This document shows, piece after piece, positions 9,376 through 16,909 of a stretch of 57,059 nt of DNA (position 1 is the stretch's first letter; each line of letters begins with the position of its first letter). Both the position numbers and the translations under genes were made by a program. The stretch covers positions 1 through 57,059 of the forward strand of contig CAYYQL010000016.1 in NCBI GenBank assembly GCA_964473825.1. Reading direction: 5' to 3'. The notes beneath the pieces were generated by a model. It made no database searches. It worked only from the letters and a program-made list of their open reading frames with translations, and had not been told where the DNA came from. The stretch comes from an uncultured archaeon (GTDB lineage: Archaea; Asgardarchaeota; Thorarchaeia; Thorarchaeales; Thorarchaeaceae).

Positions 9376-10188
9376 CTACTTGGAACGAAGTAATGACTCG
9401 ATGAAGAACTCAATAGAGAATCTACCCTTGGTCGCCTCGAGGTACCATGGCGGCTCATACCCCATCTCTGCGATTATTTCTGAAACTGACTTGCCCTGAT
9501 CTCTGAGGTCCATCACTCGACCACGTGCGGACCTAAGATGGTCGATTCGTTTCTGTATATGTTCATGTGGCGATATTATCGGTCCCAAATGTCCGTCGAA
9601 GAGAACTTCGATATTCATCCTCTGAATTTGCTCCATGGTTGTGATCATTTGGAGGATATCCTCTTCTGGCATAGCTATATACTTCCTCGACGGTAGAGGT
9701 ACAGCATCCGCCGAAAAGAGCCACTTCTCTGTGCGCTCTAACAAACCGATCATATTGCTGTGGTGGCCCGATAGATCTACTACCTCCAATGTATACTCTC
9801 CTACAGATATCCTCTCCGGGATTGGCCGAACCTCATGAACAGGTTCTGGTTGCCCCCATACAAACTCGAAGAACTCATCCAGTTTGGGTGGATTCAGAAG
9901 CCTGTCAATTGCCGAAAGATGTGCATACACAATTGTGTCATCGCCCAAGACAGATAGACCTCCACAATGGTCTTCGTGTGGATGAGTGACAAGAGCTATT
10001 CTGATGGTGGTCTGTGAAAGATATTCTTCAAGCTCATGAGATGCATTTGCACACCCTGCATCAATCAAGACATCCCCCATCTGGTATGCATAAGCCCACA
10101 TGATAGGTTCATTCCCCTGCCCTGTGGCCGTCTTGAGACTGAGTATGTCATCGTTGAAGGGCACACATTCGAACATGATGGTCAACAT
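9376..10188 (-). CDS. Metallo-beta-lactamase-fold hydrolase
   Basis: LIDAG, THPHEDH (HxHxDH), GHH, FSADA, FDGH. Confidence 0.88.
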   Translation of the reverse strand: MLTIMFECVPFNDDILSLKTATGQGNEPIMWAYAYQMGDVLIDAGCANASHELEEYLSQTTIRIALVTHPHEDHCGGLSVLGDDTIVYAHLSAIDRLLNPPKLDEFFEFVWGQPEPVHEVRPIPERISVGEYTLEVVDLSGHHSNMIGLLERTEKWLFSADAVPLPSRKYIAMPEEDILQMITTMEQIQRMNIEVLFDGHLGPIISPHEHIQKRIDHLRSARGRVMDLRDQGKSVSEIIAEMGYEPPWYLEATKGRFSIEFFIESLLRSK

Positions 10189-10264
10189 GGAGTCTTACTG
10201 AATTCACTCTTTCGGAAGAATCTGCTGTGGTCCCTAAGCGAGCCGTGATTCTCTTCTCATCGTA

Positions 10265-11095
10265 TCAGCGTGCTATTCTGAAACGATTTGCCTCGGTTCG
10301 CTCAACGAGGCCGTCCTCAGTCAATCTCGTGACAATGGCTCTCACTCGTTCGGCACTCGTATCGCTGCAGCCTTGGTGGGCGACTAGGTCTTCAAGGGAG
10401 AGTTCTTCACAATGCGCGAGAATCCGGACGATGTCCCCTCTGAGTTGCCGCGATGACCCCTCAAACCCATTCTGTTGTGAGATTGGCTTGATGCCTGTTG
10501 ATGCTGATGTCAATACCTTCGATCCGTAGTCCATGAGTGCATTGTGCCAGTCACGAGCCCTCCCCCTCAGTAGTAGGCGTTCTGCCACTTCTTGTAGTTC
10601 TGACCGAGATGTGCATTCATCTGCAAATCCGGATGCAATCAGGATTCGGCGAATGTTTGTGTCAATCGCGGCTAAATCCTCATTGAATGCGAAAATGAGA
10701 ATCGAGCGCGAGGTGTAGGGGCCAATACCCCTCATCTTTCTGAGATTTTCCTCGTTTCGGGGGAACTCACCTCTGTCTACTATTGCTCTTGCGGCATCTC
10801 TCAGCCATAAGGCTCTTCTATTGTACCCCAATCCGCTCCAGACCTGAAGCAGGCGCTTGGTATCCGCCTCTGCTAATGCCTTGAGATCGGGGAACTCCTT
10901 GAGAAACTCGGTATATTTGGGTACCACTCTACTGACTTGCGTCTGTTGCAACATCATCTCTGACACGAGAACATGATAGGGAGTGGGGTGTTTCCGCCAG
11001 GGAAGCTCTCTAGCATTGTTGCTCCACCATTCTATGACCTTCTCTTGGAATGCGTTGACTGACTCCGAGCTTATCTCCTTCATTCTGAACCTCAT
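10265..11095 (-). CDS. mutY: MutY-like A/G adenine glycosylase (HhH-GPD) without the 4Fe-4S motif
   Basis: RELPWR, VSEMMLQQTQV, WSGLGYNRRA, HhH motif GIGPYT, DTNIRR; no Cys4 cluster motif. Confidence 0.8.
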   Translation of the reverse strand: MRFRMKEISSESVNAFQEKVIEWWSNNARELPWRKHPTPYHVLVSEMMLQQTQVSRVVPKYTEFLKEFPDLKALAEADTKRLLQVWSGLGYNRRALWLRDAARAIVDRGEFPRNEENLRKMRGIGPYTSRSILIFAFNEDLAAIDTNIRRILIASGFADECTSRSELQEVAERLLLRGRARDWHNALMDYGSKVLTSASTGIKPISQQNGFEGSSRQLRGDIVRILAHCEELSLEDLVAHQGCSDTSAERVRAIVTRLTEDGLVERTEANRFRIAR

Positions 11096-11211
11096 GAGTC
11101 CTCTAGTCTGACATAAAATGATAGGCCTCGACTTCCGTTGCTGTGATTCATCATATATTCATTGATACAGGAGCTATCTTCAGCTCTCAAACTGGAAAAT
11201 CTTAGTCATTG

Positions 11212-11218
11212 TTTATAT
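11212..11218 (+). promoter_or_regulatory. Putative archaeal TATA box of the four-gene signalling operon
   Basis: TTTATAT about 25 nt upstream of ATG 11243, in the divergent intergenic region. Confidence 0.4.
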
Positions 11219-11242
11219 GCTCAAAATGTACAGAATATCAAA

Positions 11243-12703
11243 ATGGAGATTAGTCGTACATCAATGAGGAACACAGAGTCCCTGATATACGACATTTTTG
11301 TCAGAACCACGAAAAGAGGCGTCGAGATATACACAATCGACTACGACGAGAAACTCAAAGTATTCTCTCCTGCCGGGAAAGAAACAAGTTCTCGAAAATG
11401 GACCTCCAAGGTCAGAACCGTAGCCATCGGTGATATCGATGCTGACGGTTATGATGATATTGTCGCAGGCACGAAAGACTGTGTAATAGTCATTGGCAAC
11501 AAAGGACAGGTCATCTATCAGATAGCAAAGTCTAGTCCGGTCATTACCTGTGATGCGGCCGATGTTGATGGCGACTATGCGGACGAGTTTGCAGCTGCCA
11601 TGCGGGACAACACGGTGTCCTTGTGGAACGATGACATGAAGCTGTTCACACGGTCGTTTCCGTCACCCGTTGTTTCTGTCAGACTAGAGAACATCACGGA
11701 TGATCCGGAATATGAGATAGTTGTAATGGAGCGCAGCGGCAATATCAGCATCCTATCTGCAGCTGGCTACCTGTTGAAGCAATTCACAGTTCCTTCGAAG
11801 ATACGAGTGGGTACCGTCCTGAACTTGGAGAACGACAAGCTGTTTGCCACAGGGGACAAATCGAACAATCTGAAGATTTGGGATATGGGAGGCCGATTAG
11901 TTCAGGAATTGAAACTCTCAGACCGCCCATTTGCCCTTGATGCAGATCGACATCCACGTAGTGACAGTCTTTACTTGGCCATTGGAACACGGCTTCCTGC
12001 CCTAGAGATATATCGTGTGAAGGGCGACACGATGTCTTCACTTACTCGACGAGTTATCGACGAAATATCTTCTACTAAGGAGACCGTCTACCGGCGAGCA
12101 ATTCGATGTGGTCATTGTGGTGCCCCAGTCTCGCCAGAGACTCCAAGCTGTGCGAATTGTGGGGCGATATTGGATGCATTACAGCCACAGCAGATTGATG
12201 AATTCATCAGTGAGACCATACTGTCTGTGACATCGCTCAATCCCCGCATCGCTTTGAGAGAACTTGACAGAGTCATCAGACGATCACTTCCCCGTCCCGC
12301 TGTCTACAACCTGCGCAGTCAGCTGCAGGAAATGGTCAGATGTGAGTTGATATCCGGCCACTTTGAAGATGATGGTAGAACCTTCGTCTTTACTGGCTTA
12401 AGAGGGGCTTTGGTTACCCCGTCCATGTCAAGACGCGATGCAAGGAAACTGCTATCCCGTGTGGTTTCTGGTAATAAGATCGAGCTCGGCGAGCTCCTTG
12501 ATATGAAGGCCGCACTGCAGGATCCTGACGTAGACCATGAGCTCGATGCGGCGACCATACGTAGAGCGCTTATTCTGCTGCGTGGCAAAGGACAGATTTC
12601 AGGCGAGTTCATTGACACGAAATCCTTCGCTTTCGAGTCAAAGGAAGAACTTGACAGAGTAGTTGATGAGATTATCGAGTTATTGAGTGCGCAAGGGAGT
12701 TAG
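11243..12703 (+). CDS. Cytoplasmic FG-GAP-like beta-propeller + Zn ribbon + two PCI-like winged-helix domains
   Basis: GDIDADGYDDIVAG, ADVDGDYADEFAAA, ENITDDPEYEIVV; WD-like LKIWD; CGHCG...CANCG; winged-helix ends ELISGHFEDDGRTFVF and GQISGEFIDTKSFAF; no signal peptide; start 11243 or 11264. Confidence 0.7.
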   Translation: MEISRTSMRNTESLIYDIFVRTTKRGVEIYTIDYDEKLKVFSPAGKETSSRKWTSKVRTVAIGDIDADGYDDIVAGTKDCVIVIGNKGQVIYQIAKSSPVITCDAADVDGDYADEFAAAMRDNTVSLWNDDMKLFTRSFPSPVVSVRLENITDDPEYEIVVMERSGNISILSAAGYLLKQFTVPSKIRVGTVLNLENDKLFATGDKSNNLKIWDMGGRLVQELKLSDRPFALDADRHPRSDSLYLAIGTRLPALEIYRVKGDTMSSLTRRVIDEISSTKETVYRRAIRCGHCGAPVSPETPSCANCGAILDALQPQQIDEFISETILSVTSLNPRIALRELDRVIRRSLPRPAVYNLRSQLQEMVRCELISGHFEDDGRTFVFTGLRGALVTPSMSRRDARKLLSRVVSGNKIELGELLDMKAALQDPDVDHELDAATIRRALILLRGKGQISGEFIDTKSFAFESKEELDRVVDEIIELLSAQGS

Positions 12704-12707
12704 GCAT

Positions 12708-15452
12708 ATGTTTGAAACCTGGAATATTACAAAGAAAGTGACAAGAGGCCTTAGCGCTTCAGTTATCATCTCCGTGCTTCTGATTGCTTCATACATGGTT
12801 TCTAGCGTGTATTTTATGTCAGAACAAAACACGGGTGAAGCCGCAGAAGCTTTGACTAGGGAGGAACTGGGAAGTCTGCAGAGAGTCACGGCTGATACTG
12901 CAACCTTCATTGAGGAGCGGATAGAGCAGTACTTCCATGGTGTCTACATTATGGAGGACTATGCCGAGAATTTATTCAACGGACGGTATAATGCTAGCCC
13001 GCGTCACTCCTACTTCTGGAATCCCAGTTTCGAGCTCGCCAATACGGGCTATACAGTCCCTAATCTGCAATCCATTGATGAGTATGAATCGGACAGCATC
13101 TCATTCGATGTCAGCTGTTACTATATGCCTCGAGACTACTACATCGATGACGATCCATTCCAATGGAATGATGATATGCGCTATGTCTTGGATACCTCCT
13201 CCAATATGGACAACGTATTCCGGTCCCTTCATGAGATGAGTTCGGACTACATCTGGTTGTATATGGGGTTTGACCTCTCACTCTCGGATCGACACCTGTT
13301 CCGGAACTACCCCTATGACAATCTGGAATATTTCTTGGACTGGTATGGAGAAGGGGAGGATTATGATCCCAATTCGGAGGAATGGTATGTCAATGCTGCC
13401 GAAATCTTGGATGGTTCCATAGCTGTCACAGAACCCTATGGCGATCCCTCCACTGGGCTCGTATTATCCATGGGTCGTCCCATCAGATTTGACAACAACA
13501 CTCTGATTGGTGTTGTTTCGGCTGACGTGACTCTTGACACAATTAACAACGAAGTACTCTCTCAGGAAATCAGTGAAAACGGGTATGCTTTCCTTCTTGG
13601 CACCACCGGGGGCCTGATAGCACACCCCTCGTTTACGGCTGAAGGCCAAGATATCTATGATGTCGAGTTTGGCGGCTCCACATCTTCAGAGGCCGTTGCA
13701 TTCTCATCGATTCTCCCTGACATTCTGACAAACAGCAGTGGCCAGATTGAATACACGAAGCAAGGCCGAAAATGGTTTCTAACATATGAGAGAGTCCCTA
13801 CAACTGGAATGGTTCTGTGTACGGTCACTCCTGAGACAGATGTGATCGAAGCTGCAATTGCTCTCTCTGCAGCGATTGGCCTTCAGAGCCTAGTAATCAT
13901 CGGAGTTCTTGTTGGTTGTGTAGCAGTCACAATCTATGTTTCCTCGAAGTATGCAGCCAGAAAAGGTGAAGAGATGGCCAAGCCGCTCGCACAAGCAACA
14001 GATGTCTTGGTCAATATGAGCCGGGGGGACTTGACTGGAATGGTTCCCATACATGACCTGCGGTATAAGGAACTGCAGATCACAATGGAGGCAATTCAGA
14101 ATCTCCAAGACTCGATGCGAGCTGGCAACAAAGAGTTCATCAGAGGGAACTTGTCACTTGCTCTGGAAACGTATACTCGGCTTCGACAGCTCTGTGTTGA
14201 TTTCAAGGTGATTCAAGGCATCCAGGCTGCAGACCTCAATATCGGAAATGTTCACAGACAAAGAGGCCAACTGCAAGAGGCATCGGCGAGGTATCAGTCT
14301 GCTGAGAAACTAGCTCGTGAGATGCTGAACAAAGCAAAGACCGACTTAGAACGAAAAGACGCCCAGGTGCGTATTGCTGATGTCATGCACAACTTCGGCG
14401 CCCTTGAGATGTCACCAAAGATGCAGAACTATCGCAAGGCCCTCACTCATCTGGAAGAAGCCTTTGAAATCAACAAGAAACTCGGAAACACTCGAGGTAT
14501 GGCCAATCAGTACGATACCATGGGGGTCTGTAAGATGGCCCTGAAGGAGTTTGATGAAGCCAGAGAGATGTTTGACAGAGCGCTTGAGATTCTTGAAGGA
14601 ACATACTATGAGCGGTCCAAATCGTATGTGTACTATCACAGAGGGATGATGTTCTACGAAATGGCAATGTTCGAAGATGCACGGTCCAATCTTGTTGAGG
14701 CTGCCAAGATGTCACAGGAGAACGAGGAATGGCCTCTTGCGGGGAGGTCGCTCTCACTTCTGGCTGATGTTCTTGAAGATATGGGCGAGCCAAGTCATGA
14801 AATCCGTCTTCAGGCGGAGAAGATTCTGGGTTCCACCGTTAGACAGCGAACAAGGCGTGCCATTGTCTTCGTCATTGATAAATCAGGGAGCATGGGGCAG
14901 AGCGGCAGAATAAAGGCTGCAGTTGCCGGCGCTCAGAGGATGGTTGATTCTGTAGCCCAACCCGAAGACAGTGTTGGTGTGTTGGCATTCGACACGGTAG
15001 TCAGCGAACTCCGCAGGCTTGCACCATTAGGCCCAGACTTTTCTACTGCAAGGAGGGAGATTGCCCGTGCCCTTCGCCTCGGCGGGGCCACAGCTTTCTA
15101 TGACGCACTCGGTCTGGCTCTCATGAACATTGCCAGCCAGCAGGATGCTGAACGGTGGATTGTCGCGCTTACCGATGGTGAGGACAACTCATCGAGAACC
15201 CATAATGAAGACTCCATCGTCCGGCTGGCCAATCGTTTGGAGGGCGACATCAAACTGCGAATCATCGGAGTCATGTGCAGTTCAGAACATGAACGGGTCC
15301 TGGAGCGAATGTGCAAGCGGATTGAAGGTGCAACCTACCTGCCGGTTTCAGAGGCTGGAAAGGAACAGGAAGGAATCCTTCAGAGATTCGAGGGCATCGA
15401 GGACGAGATGCAGACACAACTCGAGATGGGAGGAACACAGGTGGATTTCTAA
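12708..15452 (+). CDS. Membrane receptor: TM-dCache-TM-HAMP-TPR repeats-vWA
   Basis: TM1 SVIISVLLIASYMVSSVYF; Cache motifs YDPNSEEWY, TEPYGD, IGVVSADV, GYAFLL..G.LIAHP; TM2; HAMP AKPL...RGDL...E; TPR-like helices; vWA MIDAS DKSGS/T/LTDGED; ATG at 12708. Confidence 0.85.
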   Translation: MFETWNITKKVTRGLSASVIISVLLIASYMVSSVYFMSEQNTGEAAEALTREELGSLQRVTADTATFIEERIEQYFHGVYIMEDYAENLFNGRYNASPRHSYFWNPSFELANTGYTVPNLQSIDEYESDSISFDVSCYYMPRDYYIDDDPFQWNDDMRYVLDTSSNMDNVFRSLHEMSSDYIWLYMGFDLSLSDRHLFRNYPYDNLEYFLDWYGEGEDYDPNSEEWYVNAAEILDGSIAVTEPYGDPSTGLVLSMGRPIRFDNNTLIGVVSADVTLDTINNEVLSQEISENGYAFLLGTTGGLIAHPSFTAEGQDIYDVEFGGSTSSEAVAFSSILPDILTNSSGQIEYTKQGRKWFLTYERVPTTGMVLCTVTPETDVIEAAIALSAAIGLQSLVIIGVLVGCVAVTIYVSSKYAARKGEEMAKPLAQATDVLVNMSRGDLTGMVPIHDLRYKELQITMEAIQNLQDSMRAGNKEFIRGNLSLALETYTRLRQLCVDFKVIQGIQAADLNIGNVHRQRGQLQEASARYQSAEKLAREMLNKAKTDLERKDAQVRIADVMHNFGALEMSPKMQNYRKALTHLEEAFEINKKLGNTRGMANQYDTMGVCKMALKEFDEAREMFDRALEILEGTYYERSKSYVYYHRGMMFYEMAMFEDARSNLVEAAKMSQENEEWPLAGRSLSLLADVLEDMGEPSHEIRLQAEKILGSTVRQRTRRAIVFVIDKSGSMGQSGRIKAAVAGAQRMVDSVAQPEDSVGVLAFDTVVSELRRLAPLGPDFSTARREIARALRLGGATAFYDALGLALMNIASQQDAERWIVALTDGEDNSSRTHNEDSIVRLANRLEGDIKLRIIGVMCSSEHERVLERMCKRIEGATYLPVSEAGKEQEGILQRFEGIEDEMQTQLEMGGTQVDF

Positions 15453-15466
15453 GAGGAGGGAAATAG

Positions 15467-16909
15467 ATGGCAAAGAATAGAACAACCGGAACTAGCTTCA
15501 AGAGAACAATGCTGGTGGCCTTTCTGGTGATCACGACCGCATCTGTCGCTCTAACGACTGCTTTCTCAATGGGCTTTGGGGTATTGATAGGTGACACAAC
15601 GACTTCTCGGAGCATAGATGCTCTCAAGGGTCAGGCAATCAATGATATGTTGGCCACAGGTGTCACCACATCAAATGTGATAAACCAAAAACTCACCACT
15701 GCTGAAGGCATGGTTATCAGCATGGCTGAAGAGATAGAACGACTCTTCAGTGACGAGAATACTTACTTCGCCCGAGAGACCTACTACGACTACTTCTTCG
15801 AGAACCCCTCTGAAGGCCCACATCCCGCCGATATAGAGTTTGACCCGGACTACGGAATCAATGTGTCGTGGGAGTACAGCAGCTGGTATATTCCTGGTTC
15901 TGACAGCTCGAACTGGGAAACCTATGCAGGTGACTACTCAGAACGCCTTGGCCTTGTGTCGAACATGGATAATGCCTTCAAATCCATTCGAAATCGAGTT
16001 CCCGAGTTCAGGTGGCTCTATTTCACATTCGCAGACAATGACATGTTCATCAACTACCCCGGGAGTATCCTCGGCGGAACCGATGCAGAGAGGCAGCTGG
16101 ACCCGTGGTATCCCACTCTTGATGATTGGTATCTTGAGATTGAAGCAGGAGATGGAGATATCGTCTTTGTAGAACCATACTATGATCCAATTGATGAAGT
16201 ACTTCTGATATCGATTGGTAAGGCTGTGTTTTATGAGAATAACCAGATAATCGGCGTCATTGCAGGAGACATAACAATCCAAGACATCAAGAATCGCATT
16301 TTGGACATAGATGTGTATGACAATGGTTACGCAGCTCTGATACAGAGCGATGGCATGGTAGTTGCACATCCTGAAGTACCCGATTCTGCATACGAAGAGG
16401 GGCTTCCCGCATTCAGTGCGGTCGAATCAGATTCGCTAACACCCCTCCAGATCGATGCAATCACTTCAGGAGAGGACGGTTCTCTCGAATACAGACGAGG
16501 AGTAGAAGAACGGCTCCTTGTGTATACCCCTGTTGGCAAGAGCGGATATATCTGTGTGCTCATAGTCCCCCTCGATGAGGTCTTGGATGCGATTCCTTTG
16601 TTACAGAATCGGATTACAACCACTCTACGACTCACGATTGAGCAGATCATGTATGTCGGGCTGGTTGGCATAATCATCTCAGGCATTCTCGGCTATTGGG
16701 TTGCAGGCACAGTGACAGGACCATTGCAGGAAATAATGGAGCGAATACGAAAGGCTGCAGTGGTGAAATTCACCAAGAGCTCTATAGAGCCGCTAGAGCT
16801 GAAACTCAATGTCAAACAGACGTCTCGGGGTGACGAGATTGGTGACCTATCCCGGGCATTCGACAGCCTGATGGATGTTCTTATTGATGAAACAGAGGAG
16901 GAAGAATGA
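15467..16909 (+). CDS. TM-dCache-TM-HAMP protein with no output domain
   Basis: GAGGAGG RBS; two TM segments; WYPTLDDWY, EPYYD, IGVIAGDI, GYAALI..G.VVAHP; HAMP TGPL...DEIGDLSRAFDSL; ends in an acidic tail. Confidence 0.85.
   Translation: MAKNRTTGTSFKRTMLVAFLVITTASVALTTAFSMGFGVLIGDTTTSRSIDALKGQAINDMLATGVTTSNVINQKLTTAEGMVISMAEEIERLFSDENTYFARETYYDYFFENPSEGPHPADIEFDPDYGINVSWEYSSWYIPGSDSSNWETYAGDYSERLGLVSNMDNAFKSIRNRVPEFRWLYFTFADNDMFINYPGSILGGTDAERQLDPWYPTLDDWYLEIEAGDGDIVFVEPYYDPIDEVLLISIGKAVFYENNQIIGVIAGDITIQDIKNRILDIDVYDNGYAALIQSDGMVVAHPEVPDSAYEEGLPAFSAVESDSLTPLQIDAITSGEDGSLEYRRGVEERLLVYTPVGKSGYICVLIVPLDEVLDAIPLLQNRITTTLRLTIEQIMYVGLVGIIISGILGYWVAGTVTGPLQEIMERIRKAAVVKFTKSSIEPLELKLNVKQTSRGDEIGDLSRAFDSLMDVLIDETEEEE

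Noticed and set aside
12708-16909. Calling the Cache proteins chemoreceptors, histidine kinases or alpha2delta orthologues
   Set aside because: No MCP hairpin or HisKA/HATPase motifs; the vWA lies after TM2 rather than inside the Cache domain
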